A stretch of DNA of 64,000 nucleotides from Prevotella sp. (GCA_031285625.1 JAITVV010000035.1:1-64000), one strand, 5' to 3'. Counted from the stretch's first letter, positions 27,970-38,590 are shown. Numbers and translations: made by a program. The notes: a model not told the origin generated them from the letters alone.

Positions 27970-29838
27970 ATGAAAAAACTGATAATTCTCTTTTTAGTAC
28001 TTTATTGTTGTGAATTTATTGTTGCAACTGATATTTTAGTTGAAACAGAGAATTTTGATAAAAAGGGAGGCTGGGTTGTAGATCAGCAATTTATGGATTT
28101 GATGGGCTCGCCTTACCTGATGGCTCACGGAATGGGTAAACCGGTTGAGGATGCTTCAACAGTAGTTACCTTTCCCGAAAAAGGAATATATAATGTTTAT
28201 GTCCGTACTTTCAATTGGGTTTCACCTTGGTATCAGGGCGAGGGCCCAGGTAAGTTCTCCTTGTCGATAGGAAAGAAAAAACTTCCTGTCATATTGGGTG
28301 CAGAAGGCAATACATGGATGTGGCAGAGTGCAGGTAAAGTTACTGTAAATGATAAAGAGACAACTATCTTGCTTCATGATCTTACTGGCTTTAATGGTCG
28401 ATGCGATGCTATTTATTTTACAACCGAGGACGGTAAAATACCACCTTCTGATGTAGACGAGTTGGCTGTATTCCGTAAAAGAATGCTGAATATACCTATG
28501 GTTCCCAATCAGATAGAGTCGTACGATCTTGTGGTAGTCGGTGGTGGAATTGCCGGGATGTGTGCGGCGGCAACTGCTTCACGCTTGGGCTGTAGAGTAG
28601 CATTGATAAACGACCGCCCTGTATTGGGCGGGAATAATAGTTCTGAAATAAGGGTTCATCTTGGCGGTTCTATCGAAATGGAACCTAATAAAGGGTTGGG
28701 ACGCATGATCCGTGAATTTGGGCATACACGTGAAGGAAATGCTCAAATAGGAGAATATTATGAAGATGGGAAGAAAAGGGACTTTATAGCAAATGAAAAA
28801 AATATTACCCTGTTTTCTAATTATCGTGCTATCTCTGTGAAAAAGAGTGGTGGTAGAATAGAATCGATAATAGCTAAACATACGGAAACAGGGAAAGAAA
28901 TATGTTTCAAAGCCCTGGTATTCTCTGATTGTACGGGTGATGGAACAATTGGTTTTCTTGCAGGGGCTGATTATAAAATGGGTCGTGAAAGTCGTGAAGA
29001 ATTTGGAGAAGAACTGGCTCCCGAGGTTGCTGATAAGATGACAATGGGTGCTTCAGTGCAATGGTATTCTGTAAATGCAGATAAGAAAATAAATTTCCCG
29101 ATATTTAAGTATGGGGTAAACTTTAATGAAGAGAATGCGGAAAAAGTTACTATGGGCGAATGGAAATGGGAGACAGGAATGAATTTTGATCAGATATATG
29201 ATTTCGAGCGTATACGCGACTATGGTTTATTAGTGGTTTACTCAAACTGGAGCTTTTTAAAGAATGAATTAAAAACAAATGAAAAATATAAAAATCGTGA
29301 GTTGGGTTGGGTCGCTTATGTCGCAGGAAAACGTGAATCACGCAGATTGTTGGGTGATTATATTTTGAAACAGGATGATATAGATAAAAATGTATTTCAT
29401 GAAGATGCTTCATTCAGCGCTTCATGGAGTATCGACCTTCATTTTCCTGATCCTATTAATTCAGAAAGGTTCCCTGATGCAGAGTTTAAAGCAGCGACTA
29501 AGCATATCCATATCTATCCGTATGCAGTCCCATACCGTTGCCTCTATTCCAGAAATATCGATAATCTGTTTATGGCAGGACGCGATATTAGTGTAACTCA
29601 TGTGGCTCTGGGTACAGTACGGGTTATGCGTACAACAGGAATGATGGGAGAAGTAGTTGGTCTGGCAGCTTCATTATGTAAAAAATATAATACGACGCCT
29701 CGCAAGGTTTATCAATCACATCTGAATGAATTAAAAGACCTGATGAAAGAGGGTGCAGGAAAGAAAGACGGTTTGCCTGATAATCAGAAATTTAATGAAC
29801 AGAAATTACTAAGTGCTCCACGTGCTTTGAGTAAGTAA
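27970..29838 (+). CDS. Exported FAD-dependent oxidoreductase (FAD_oxidored/PF12831-like) with an N-terminal beta-rich domain
   Basis: Signal peptide; YDLVVVGGGIAG, LGGNNSSE, FSDCTGDG, KRESRRL.G, PYRCLYS..I.NL.MAGR, RVM.T. Confidence 0.88.
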   Translation: MKKLIILFLVLYCCEFIVATDILVETENFDKKGGWVVDQQFMDLMGSPYLMAHGMGKPVEDASTVVTFPEKGIYNVYVRTFNWVSPWYQGEGPGKFSLSIGKKKLPVILGAEGNTWMWQSAGKVTVNDKETTILLHDLTGFNGRCDAIYFTTEDGKIPPSDVDELAVFRKRMLNIPMVPNQIESYDLVVVGGGIAGMCAAATASRLGCRVALINDRPVLGGNNSSEIRVHLGGSIEMEPNKGLGRMIREFGHTREGNAQIGEYYEDGKKRDFIANEKNITLFSNYRAISVKKSGGRIESIIAKHTETGKEICFKALVFSDCTGDGTIGFLAGADYKMGRESREEFGEELAPEVADKMTMGASVQWYSVNADKKINFPIFKYGVNFNEENAEKVTMGEWKWETGMNFDQIYDFERIRDYGLLVVYSNWSFLKNELKTNEKYKNRELGWVAYVAGKRESRRLLGDYILKQDDIDKNVFHEDASFSASWSIDLHFPDPINSERFPDAEFKAATKHIHIYPYAVPYRCLYSRNIDNLFMAGRDISVTHVALGTVRVMRTTGMMGEVVGLAASLCKKYNTTPRKVYQSHLNELKDLMKEGAGKKDGLPDNQKFNEQKLLSAPRALSK

Positions 29839-29926
29839 TCCTAATTAAATCAGGTATTCGTTTAGGGGTTTATCCTATAAGGTTGTCTTACTAAAAAGCT
29901 AAAATTTCTAATATCATAATATTCAT

Positions 29927-31981
29927 ATGAAACACTTATTGTCAATCTTGTCTACTCTTTTTATATTATTGCCGGTATATTCACAAAAGAGCTATTATAG
30001 CCGCTTGGAGAATGATACTTTAGCTATAGGAAACGATCAGATTGAGCGAAAATTTGTCTGGAATAATGGTAACCTCATTACTCATAGCCTCATGGATAAA
30101 GCTGGGGATCAGGTATGGATAAACAAATCCTTGAAACCGGATTTCTTTATCACAAAAGATTCAGATACTCCAACTAACTTTTCCTATAAATCCAGTGAGG
30201 TTTCAGAAAATGAAATCCATCCTGATTATTTAGAGGTGGAAGTCTCTTTTACATTAGGAACTTTAGATATAAAGAGAATATACCGGATATATAATAATGC
30301 CCCTGCCATTGCCTGTGATACATATCTCAGAGGTACAACCAATAGTATATTCGGTGGCAGACCAGCTAATCTGGCAGATATGAAGAATATAGAATTTGCC
30401 GAAGATATGTCGTCTAAGCAAATAACAGCTGTTTTGGACCAACTGAATCCGGACGGAAAACATTGGCATACGAAGACTGTTGAGTTTTATGATGTTACTG
30501 ATTGGAATAACAATCTGGTCTTTGAGACAGATGTGATACCTTATCGTAAAAATTCATACAGAGGAAATTTATTGTTTGCTCATAATGCAGAGAATGAAAA
30601 AGGCTTCTTTTTTCTGAAAGAAGCCCCTAGCTCAAGTGTGCAATTAGCCTCTAATGGAAATGATTTTACCGCCGAATTCGGGCATTTTAGTGTTATTGGA
30701 TTAGGGGTAAATGAAACTGATATAAAAAAGGATGAGTGGACAAAAACATATAGTTGTGTGATTGGTGTTTATAGTGGCAATGAACTGAACAGGTTAACAG
30801 CTCTCCGTTCTTATCAAAAGAAAATACGAAAACTTCTTCCAGGCAGAGATGAAATGATAATGATGAACACTTGGGGGGACCGCAGTCAGGACTCTAAGGT
30901 AAACGAAAAATTCAGCTTGCTGGAAGTTGAAGAAGCTGCCAAACTTGGTGTTACACATTTTCAGATAGATGATGGATGGCAAGTAGGTAAAAGCCCGAAT
31001 TCGGCAATGGCTAAAGGTTCGTTCAAAAATATATGGGATAATCCCGATTATTGGAAACCAGATCCTCAAAAATATCCGGATGGTCTTCACCCGATTGTGA
31101 AAAGAGGAAAAGAATTAGGCATTGAAATTTGCCTCTGGTTCAATCCGAGTGTGCAAAACGATTATGCCGATTGGGAAAAAGATGCTCAGGTAATGATTGA
31201 TTTATATAACGAATATGGTATTCGTACATTCAAGATAGACGGACTTGCTATTCCAACAAAACAGTCCGAGATTAATTTGCGAAAGCTATTTGATAAAGTT
31301 CTGGAAAAAACTGATAATCAGGCCGTCTTTAATCTTGATGCTACTGCCGGACGCAGAGGTGGTTACCATATGTTTAACGAGTATGGAAACGTATTCCTTG
31401 AAAATCGTTATACAGATTGGAGAAATTACTATCCATATCATACTCTCCGTAATTTGTGGCTACTCTCTAAATATGTTCCTGCTGAAAAGCTACAAATTGA
31501 ATTTCTCAATAAATGGCGAAATGCCGACAAGTATGGTAAGGATATTTTTGCTCCTGCGAACTATTCTTTTGATTACCTTTTTGCAACAACGATGGCCGGG
31601 CAACCACTCGCTTGGTTTGAAGGAACAGGCTTGCCACAGGATGCTTTAAGTATAAGTAAATTGATAAAATCATATAAAGAAATTCAGCACGATTTTCATA
31701 TGGGAACGATATTGCCGATAGGTGATGAACCTTCCGGAAAATCATGGACCGGATTTCAGTCAGTAAATGGGAATGCCGGATACTTCATTTTTTTCAGGGA
31801 GAGCAATCCTGACAGAATCGGTATTGTTGAAACATGGTTGACAGAAGGAACAGAAGTCGAGTGTTCTGCCATTATGGGCGATGGCAAACCATTTACAACT
31901 ACGGTTGGGCGCAAAGGTGTAATAAAGGTAGAACTTCCTGATATCAATAGTTTTGCAGTGTATAGGTATAAAATAAAGTAG
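29927..31981 (+). CDS. GH36/GH27-clan (alpha-galactosidase-like) glycoside hydrolase
   Basis: Signal peptide; MNTWGD, FQIDDGW, PQKYPDGL, LWFNP, FKIDG (clan-D nucleophile Asp). Confidence 0.78.
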   Translation: MKHLLSILSTLFILLPVYSQKSYYSRLENDTLAIGNDQIERKFVWNNGNLITHSLMDKAGDQVWINKSLKPDFFITKDSDTPTNFSYKSSEVSENEIHPDYLEVEVSFTLGTLDIKRIYRIYNNAPAIACDTYLRGTTNSIFGGRPANLADMKNIEFAEDMSSKQITAVLDQLNPDGKHWHTKTVEFYDVTDWNNNLVFETDVIPYRKNSYRGNLLFAHNAENEKGFFFLKEAPSSSVQLASNGNDFTAEFGHFSVIGLGVNETDIKKDEWTKTYSCVIGVYSGNELNRLTALRSYQKKIRKLLPGRDEMIMMNTWGDRSQDSKVNEKFSLLEVEEAAKLGVTHFQIDDGWQVGKSPNSAMAKGSFKNIWDNPDYWKPDPQKYPDGLHPIVKRGKELGIEICLWFNPSVQNDYADWEKDAQVMIDLYNEYGIRTFKIDGLAIPTKQSEINLRKLFDKVLEKTDNQAVFNLDATAGRRGGYHMFNEYGNVFLENRYTDWRNYYPYHTLRNLWLLSKYVPAEKLQIEFLNKWRNADKYGKDIFAPANYSFDYLFATTMAGQPLAWFEGTGLPQDALSISKLIKSYKEIQHDFHMGTILPIGDEPSGKSWTGFQSVNGNAGYFIFFRESNPDRIGIVETWLTEGTEVECSAIMGDGKPFTTTVGRKGVIKVELPDINSFAVYRYKIK

Positions 31982-32003
31982 TTTGTTTATAAAAATAATT
32001 TGT

Positions 32004-32041
32004 ATCCCTGTAAATGTAATTTATGGGGATTCTTATTTTTT
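32004..32041 (+). terminator. Intrinsic terminator closing the PUL
   Basis: ATCCCTGTAAAT / ATTTATGGGGAT stem (with G-U pairs) followed by a T-rich tract. Confidence 0.65.
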
Positions 32042-32306
32042 ATAAAAGTGGAAAATATCTGGTTTTATGAATAATAGAATCAAACTATATTCGAACTTAC
32101 CTTATAGATTATTATAATCATAATAAAAAATAAAAAGCAAAAGTGCATACAGAGTTTTCGGTTATATATATTATCTTTACAAATTCGTAGTAGACTGCTT
32201 TTGAGAGAGCAAAACTTGCTACATGAGGGTGATAATCAGGCTTATATAGAGTATAAATGCTTGTATTTTCCTCGCTGAGACAGAAGAAAGAAAAAAACTA
32301 TATATA

Positions 32307-34034
32307 ATGATTTACAAATGGAATTACGAATCACTAACAACCCAGCAAAAAGAGCAGATAGATGAGCTCGCTAAAAAAATAGGAATAAGCCCTGTACTTA
32401 GCCAGCTCCTGATGCAGAGAGGTATATCTTCTGTAGAGGATGCCCGTAAATTTTTTCATCCTAGTTTGAAAGATTTACACGATCCTTTTCTATTACCGGA
32501 TATGGATAAAGCCATAAAGAGAATAGAGAAGGCACTGGGACAAAAACAACGTATACTGATATACGGTGATTATGATGTAGATGGAACAACAGCTGTAGCG
32601 CTAGTCTACAAGTTTCTACGAAAGTTTACGACAAACCTTGATTATTATATCCCTGACCGTTATGATGAGGGCTATGGTATATCCGAACAGGGAATAGATT
32701 ATGCCGAAGAAACAGGAGTAAAGCTTATTATAGCTCTTGATTGTGGTATAAAAGCCAATGAGAAAATAGATTATGCTAAAAGTAAAGGCATTGATTTTAT
32801 TATCGGGGATCATCATATGCCCGATGAAATATTGCCTGATGCAGTAGCTGTTATAGATGCCAAACGCTTAGATTCTACATACCCTTACGAACATCTTTCT
32901 GGATGTGGTGTGGGTTTCAAACTGGTACAAGCATTGGCACAAAACAATAAAATAGACTTTTCCGAGATTACAGATCTATTGGATCTTGTTGCTGTAAGTG
33001 TAGCTTCGGATATTGTCCCCATTACAGGAGAAAACCGTATTCTTACGTATTACGGACTAAAGCAGATAAATTCAAATCCCAGCCTTGGTCTGAAAGGAAT
33101 CATTGATATATGTGGTCTGACTTATAAGAGCATTACAGTTAATGACATTATTTTTAAAATAGGGCCCCGTATCAATGCTTCGGGACGTATGATGAAAGGG
33201 AAAGAGGCAGTAGACTTATTACTCTCTAATACGATTGAGGATGCTCGTGAAAAGAGTATGAACATTGACCATTACAACGATGATCGTCGAGAATTGGATA
33301 AGCGTATAACTGATGAAGCTATGCAATTTATCGATGAAAATGTTAATATGAAAGAGAAGAAAAGTCTTGTTGTTTATAACGAAACCTGGCACAAAGGTGT
33401 GATAGGAATTGTCGCTTCACGTCTGACAGAAAAATATCTACGTCCGGCAGTTGTTTTGACAAAATCTCAAGGCCTTATAACAGGATCAGCCCGTTCAGTG
33501 ATGGGGTTTGATGTTTATAAAGCAATTGAGGCTTGTAAGGATATCTTAGAGAATTTTGGAGGGCATACTTATGCCGCCGGATTATCGTTGAAAGAAGATA
33601 ATCTTCAGGAGTTTAAGCGTCGCTTCGAAGCTTTGTCACTCGAAATGATCGCACCGGAGATGATGCGCCCTCAGATAAATGTAGATGCCGAACTTACATT
33701 TAGGGAGATAAATTCTAAGTTTATAGAAGATCTATCGAGTTTTGCACCCTTCGGACCTGATAATCTTAATCCTATCTTTGTTACATGCAATGTAATGGAT
33801 TATGGTACAAGTAAGCTGGTAGGTAAGGATAATGTACACCTGAAACTGGAAATGATGGATGATACTATCTCTATACCTGTTAATGGAATTGCTTTTCGCC
33901 AGAGTGATAGTTATGAGAAAGTGAAAAGCGGTACGCCTTTCGATATATGTTATACACTTGAAGAAAATACACATAACGGAAAAACTAATATTCAGTTATA
34001 TGTAAAAGATATTGATATGGGACAACTTTGTTAA
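32307..34034 (+). CDS. recJ: Single-stranded-DNA-specific exonuclease RecJ
   Basis: YGDYDVDG, PDRYDEGYG, LDCG, DHH, GPRINA.GR, GGH.YAAG. Confidence 0.96.
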   Translation: MIYKWNYESLTTQQKEQIDELAKKIGISPVLSQLLMQRGISSVEDARKFFHPSLKDLHDPFLLPDMDKAIKRIEKALGQKQRILIYGDYDVDGTTAVALVYKFLRKFTTNLDYYIPDRYDEGYGISEQGIDYAEETGVKLIIALDCGIKANEKIDYAKSKGIDFIIGDHHMPDEILPDAVAVIDAKRLDSTYPYEHLSGCGVGFKLVQALAQNNKIDFSEITDLLDLVAVSVASDIVPITGENRILTYYGLKQINSNPSLGLKGIIDICGLTYKSITVNDIIFKIGPRINASGRMMKGKEAVDLLLSNTIEDAREKSMNIDHYNDDRRELDKRITDEAMQFIDENVNMKEKKSLVVYNETWHKGVIGIVASRLTEKYLRPAVVLTKSQGLITGSARSVMGFDVYKAIEACKDILENFGGHTYAAGLSLKEDNLQEFKRRFEALSLEMIAPEMMRPQINVDAELTFREINSKFIEDLSSFAPFGPDNLNPIFVTCNVMDYGTSKLVGKDNVHLKLEMMDDTISIPVNGIAFRQSDSYEKVKSGTPFDICYTLEENTHNGKTNIQLYVKDIDMGQLC

Positions 34035-34052
34035 TTATTAATACCGGAAACT

Positions 34053-34850
34053 ATGAAGAAATATTTAATATTATCATTCACAATTGCATTATGTCTGTTT
34101 ACGGCATGTGGAAATAAGTCGACAGCTAAAGCAGACGGAGGCACAACAGATACAGTTAGTATGGCAACACAACCGGAATATATAAAGGCGGATGTTTATC
34201 AGACAAATAAAGGGCCTCTGAAGGTTACCCTTGTCGGGCATGGTTCTCTTATGTTCGAATATGATGGGAAAATTATCCATGTTGACCCTTATTCTCAGAT
34301 AGCAGATTACTCAAGGCTACCTAAGGCTGATTTAATAATGCTTACTCATGAACATGGGGATCATCTGGATACTACTGCCATCAAAATGATCAAAAAAGAG
34401 GATACTCATTTCATAGTATCAAAGGTATGTAATGAGATCCTGGGCTATGGTGAAGTTATGAGTAATGGTGATCACTCTCATTGGGGAGTACTTCATATAG
34501 ATGCAGTACCCGCGTATAATATCGTTAATAAAAAACCGGACGGGGAAGCCTATCATCCTAAAGGGCGAGGAAACGGCTATATCATTACTTTTGGGGATAA
34601 GAAAGTATATGTAGCTGCCGATACGGAAAATATACCTGAAATGGATAAGCTGAAAGGTATGATAGATATAGCTTTTCTACCTAAAAATCTTCCATATACA
34701 ATGACCGATGAAATGTTTATCGATGCTGTAAAGAAGATACAGGCAAAAGTTGTTTATCCATATCATATGTCCGAATTTGATCAGGAAAAGATTGATAAAG
34801 CTCTCAATGGAATTAATATGAAATTAGAGATTCGCCCAATGAAAAACTAA
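34053..34850 (+). CDS. MBL-fold metallo-hydrolase lipoprotein
   Basis: Lipobox LFTAC; VDPY, THEHGDH, H.KG.GNGY, A.DT, YPYH. Confidence 0.85.
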   Translation: MKKYLILSFTIALCLFTACGNKSTAKADGGTTDTVSMATQPEYIKADVYQTNKGPLKVTLVGHGSLMFEYDGKIIHVDPYSQIADYSRLPKADLIMLTHEHGDHLDTTAIKMIKKEDTHFIVSKVCNEILGYGEVMSNGDHSHWGVLHIDAVPAYNIVNKKPDGEAYHPKGRGNGYIITFGDKKVYVAADTENIPEMDKLKGMIDIAFLPKNLPYTMTDEMFIDAVKKIQAKVVYPYHMSEFDQEKIDKALNGINMKLEIRPMKN

Positions 34851-34927
34851 TCAATTAGCAGATTCGGAAATTAGTAAATAAATTTATTTGTGCGCCGTTG
34901 GTGATTTGCTAATATGCTAATTATATA

Positions 34928-36838
34928 ATGGATACCTATCACAAAATACTCAAACAATACTGGGGCTACGATGAATTTCGCCCATTACAGGAAGATATTA
35001 TCCATTCTGTTAGTGAAGGAAAAGATACACTGGGGCTAATGCCTACAGGAGGAGGAAAATCATTGACCTTTCAGGTGCCGGCAATGGCAATGGAAGGTCT
35101 TTGTCTTGTAGTAACGCCTCTTATCGCTTTGATGAAAGATCAGGTTGATAACCTTCGGGACAGAGGTATTAAGGCTTTGGCCGTTTATTCCGGAATGACC
35201 CGTCAGGAGATTATAACCACTCTTGAGAATGCCGTTTTCGGTGATTTTAAATTCCTTTATGTCTCACCCGAACGATTAGCTACACAGTTATTCCTGAGTA
35301 AACTCCGGGCAATGAATATATGTTTGCTTGTGGTTGACGAATCTCATTGTATCTCGCAGTGGGGATATGATTTTCGTCCTTCCTATCTGCGTATTTCGGA
35401 TATTCGCCAGCATATACCGGAAGTTCCCGTGCTGGCGTTGACTGCAACAGCAACCCCGGATGTAATAGACGATATCCAGGAGCAATTGCATTTTAGGAAA
35501 AAGAATGTCTTTCGAAAGAGTTTTGAGCGAAAAAATCTTGCCTACATTGTACGAAATACAGAAGGTAAACAAGAAGAGTTGACTCGTATACTGGAAAAGA
35601 TAAAGGGTTCGACAATTATCTATGTGCGGAGCCGGCAACGGACAAAAGAGATTTCGGATATTCTGGTGCAAAACGGCTTTTCTTCCGACTTTTATCATGC
35701 AGGATTGAGCAGTACAGATAAAACCCGCAAACAAAATACCTGGAAAAACAATGAAATACGAATCATCGTTTGTACCAATGCTTTCGGAATGGGGATTGAC
35801 AAACCTGATGTAAGACTGGTTGTTCATACTGATTTACCTAATTCTATAGAGGAGTATTTTCAGGAGGCGGGACGTGCCGGACGCGATGGGGAGAAGGCTC
35901 ATGCTGTTATCTTATATGAGAAGAATGATGGAGCTAAACTAAAAAAGCGCATCAAAGATGAATTTCCTGACCGTGAATTCATCTATCATGTATATGATTC
36001 GCTAGCCTATTTTTTTCAGATTGCCGAAGGGTATGGAGTTGGTATGATCTATGATTTCAATATTCAGCAGTTTTGTAAAACGTATAAATTGCCTCTTCTG
36101 CCGACACACAATGCACTGAAGATTCTCGATCTGTCGGGATATATCGAATATACTGATGAGGTGGATAACCGTTCACGACTAATGTTTACGGTTTATAGAG
36201 ATGATTTATATCATTACGATTTTGATCGTGAATATGAACAGTTAGTAAATACTATTCTTCGTCTTTATACCGGACTCTTTACCAATTATGCAACTATAAA
36301 TGAAGCTGAAATAGCCCAAAGACTGGATACTTCCCGAACTGCCATATATGAAATGCTCAAAGCATTGGGAAAACGTAATATTATTGATTTCATACCACAT
36401 AAGAAAACTCCTTTGATCGCTTATACGCAACCCCGTATAGATAAGAAGTACCTGAATATACCACGTCTTGTAAATGAAGACCGGAGATTGCGTTTCGAGA
36501 AACGTATAGAGGCAATAAGTCATTATGCAGAACAGTCTGAAGTCTGTAGAAGCCAGATTTTGTTGTCTTATTTTGGTGAGAAAAATATTGATGAATGCGG
36601 AGAGTGTGATGTCTGCTTGGCAAAGAAGAAAACCGGACTCACAGATGGGATCTTCAAAGAAATATCCCTTCATATTGAAAAACTGATGAAAGATAAGTAT
36701 GAAGGTTTATTAATAGATCATATAACGAAATCTCTACCCGGATACAAATCTGAGGATGTCGTTAATGCTATCCGCTTCTTGGTTGATAGTGGCGGCTTTG
36801 AGTTGAAATCAGGAAAATTGATTAGAATAAACTCATAA
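34928..36838 (+). CDS. recQ: RecQ family ATP-dependent DNA helicase (no HRDC domain)
   Basis: MPTGGGKS, VDESHCISQWGYDFRP, LTATA, QEAGRAGRDG, Zn site CR...C.ECDVC. Confidence 0.93.
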   Translation: MDTYHKILKQYWGYDEFRPLQEDIIHSVSEGKDTLGLMPTGGGKSLTFQVPAMAMEGLCLVVTPLIALMKDQVDNLRDRGIKALAVYSGMTRQEIITTLENAVFGDFKFLYVSPERLATQLFLSKLRAMNICLLVVDESHCISQWGYDFRPSYLRISDIRQHIPEVPVLALTATATPDVIDDIQEQLHFRKKNVFRKSFERKNLAYIVRNTEGKQEELTRILEKIKGSTIIYVRSRQRTKEISDILVQNGFSSDFYHAGLSSTDKTRKQNTWKNNEIRIIVCTNAFGMGIDKPDVRLVVHTDLPNSIEEYFQEAGRAGRDGEKAHAVILYEKNDGAKLKKRIKDEFPDREFIYHVYDSLAYFFQIAEGYGVGMIYDFNIQQFCKTYKLPLLPTHNALKILDLSGYIEYTDEVDNRSRLMFTVYRDDLYHYDFDREYEQLVNTILRLYTGLFTNYATINEAEIAQRLDTSRTAIYEMLKALGKRNIIDFIPHKKTPLIAYTQPRIDKKYLNIPRLVNEDRRLRFEKRIEAISHYAEQSEVCRSQILLSYFGEKNIDECGECDVCLAKKKTGLTDGIFKEISLHIEKLMKDKYEGLLIDHITKSLPGYKSEDVVNAIRFLVDSGGFELKSGKLIRINS

Positions 36839-36915
36839 CAGATAACATTTAACTTACAACTTTTCTTTATCTTTACACGTTATCATTCTATAATATTAAA
36901 TAATATCATTTTGTT

Positions 36916-37377
36916 ATGGATAAGTATGAAGATTTAAGAATATTGGAAGAATTGCGATCAAAAGGCGCAATTTCAGAAGAAGAATTCCAAAGGGAAAAAG
37001 CAAAAATATTGAATTCCGGTAACCAGCGTAATAGTTCGTTAGGTATGGATGAAAATACATATCTGACATTGATGCATCTTTCCCAGTTTGGGGGATTTAT
37101 TGTGCCTGGCTTGGGCTTTATCATACCCATCGTTATGTGGTTAGTAAATGCGGATAAGAGTGAAGCTGTAAATATGCATGGTAAAAATATTGCTAACTTT
37201 ATGCTGAGTATGCTTATTTATGTTGTTGTTTCTGCTATTCTATGTCTTCTTTTAGTTGGTTTTGTACTACTTGCTGCATTGGCTGTAATAGAGATTGTAT
37301 TTATCATATTAGCAGCTGTAAAGGCAAATAGAGGAGAGTATTGGCCATATCCTATAACAATCCGCTTCTTTTCGTAA
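36916..37377 (+). CDS. SHOCT + DUF4870 membrane protein
   Basis: [21 protein letters not shown] (SHOCT); LMHLSQ...IIPIVMW, HGK...NF, YP..IRF with three hydrophobic helices. Confidence 0.8.
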   Translation: MDKYEDLRILEELRSKGAISEEEFQREKAKILNSGNQRNSSLGMDENTYLTLMHLSQFGGFIVPGLGFIIPIVMWLVNADKSEAVNMHGKNIANFMLSMLIYVVVSAILCLLLVGFVLLAALAVIEIVFIILAAVKANRGEYWPYPITIRFFS

Positions 37378-37384
37378 AAAGTCT

Positions 37385-38101
37385 ATGATAGAAATTATAC
37401 CGGCTATAGATCTTATTGATGGTAAATGTGTGCGTTTATCGCAAGGAGACTATAACGAAAAGAAAGTTTACAATGAAGATCCGTTAGAGGTTGCCAGAAT
37501 GTTTGAAGATGCAGGGATAGGCCGCCTACACCTGGTCGATCTGGATGGAGCAAAGGCGAAACATATAGTGAATCAGGCTGTATTAGAGAAAATTGCTTCC
37601 AATACATCTCTTATTATTGATTTTGGTGGCGGAGTACAAAGTGATAAAGATATTGAAATCGCTTTCAATTCGGGTGCCTCTATGGTTACCGGTGGTAGTA
37701 TAGCCGTCAGAGACAGGGAGCTATTTAATGGCTGGTTGAAAAAATATGGTAGTGAAAAGATCATTCTGGGAGCTGACTGTAAAGACCATAAGATCGCAGT
37801 ATCAGGCTGGCAGGAAGAAACATCTATCGATATACTATCTTTCATCAGTGATTATAAAATTGAAGGAGTGTCGAAAGTCGTATGCACTGATATAAGCAAA
37901 GATGGTATGTTGCAAGGACCATCTATTGAATTATACAAAGAAATATTAAATACTTTGCCTGACTTATATCTAATTGCCAGTGGTGGCGTTAGTTGTTTTC
38001 AGGATATTCTTGATCTGGAAGAAGCGGGAATACCTGCTGTAATATTGGGAAAAGCTATTTATGAAGATAGGATAACATTAAAAGAATTAAGTAGGAAATA
38101 A
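37385..38101 (+). CDS. hisA: ProFAR isomerase HisA
   Basis: [44 protein letters not shown]. Confidence 0.96.
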   Translation: MIEIIPAIDLIDGKCVRLSQGDYNEKKVYNEDPLEVARMFEDAGIGRLHLVDLDGAKAKHIVNQAVLEKIASNTSLIIDFGGGVQSDKDIEIAFNSGASMVTGGSIAVRDRELFNGWLKKYGSEKIILGADCKDHKIAVSGWQEETSIDILSFISDYKIEGVSKVVCTDISKDGMLQGPSIELYKEILNTLPDLYLIASGGVSCFQDILDLEEAGIPAVILGKAIYEDRITLKELSRK

Positions 38102-38102
38102 T

Positions 38103-38585
38103 ATGGCAACACTACACATTCCCTATTTTGACGCAATCGATAAAGATTCTGTAGAAGATTACTACGAAGCCGATATAGAACTTAACGGTCAAAGTATAAG
38201 TCTGGATATTAATCTGGATGACGATCCTCCTGCAAATTGGGCTGATCTGTATACTAAATATGCAGGCAAGTTGAGTGAATTTGAAGTAGCTATCAGAAAA
38301 ATAATAAAAGGATACTATCCGGAAGAAGGGATGGTTCGCGAGTTTTTTACTTATCATCAGGAAGAATTACCCGATGAAATGGAAGAACTATTCAATAATA
38401 CAGATCAAAGCTTATCAGAAGAGGATCGCTTGATGGCCATATTGAAATTGGACAGGATCGGATTTTATTTTGATAAGAATAATTTTGCGACATGGGACTT
38501 TTCTTTTGGTGATTTTACAGATCAGATTCTGGTTATTATAACAGATGGAAAAGGAGAAATATTGGATATAACCTGGGAAAGCTAA
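38103..38585 (+). CDS. DUF2004-like acidic protein of unknown function
   Basis: Acidic 160-aa protein with PYF, L..L.RIGFY, A..DF and C-terminal ITWES; 1-bp and 5-bp gaps to hisA and hisF. Confidence 0.65.
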   Translation: MATLHIPYFDAIDKDSVEDYYEADIELNGQSISLDINLDDDPPANWADLYTKYAGKLSEFEVAIRKIIKGYYPEEGMVREFFTYHQEELPDEMEELFNNTDQSLSEEDRLMAILKLDRIGFYFDKNNFATWDFSFGDFTDQILVIITDGKGEILDITWES

Positions 38586-38590
38586 TCGAT

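Larger units (their letters stand above)
4813..31981 (+). other. Polysaccharide utilization locus (PUL), uronic-acid-rich substrate predicted
   Basis: susC-susD pair, HTCS and co-oriented CAZymes (GH97, GH2 x2, GH88, CE15, GH3, GH36-like) with short gaps; hairpin terminator at 32004-32041. Confidence 0.9.

Noticed and set aside
32066-32116. 16-codon ORF MNNRIKLYSNLPYRLL in the PUL-recJ spacer
   Set aside because: Too short and AT-rich, with no supporting signal.
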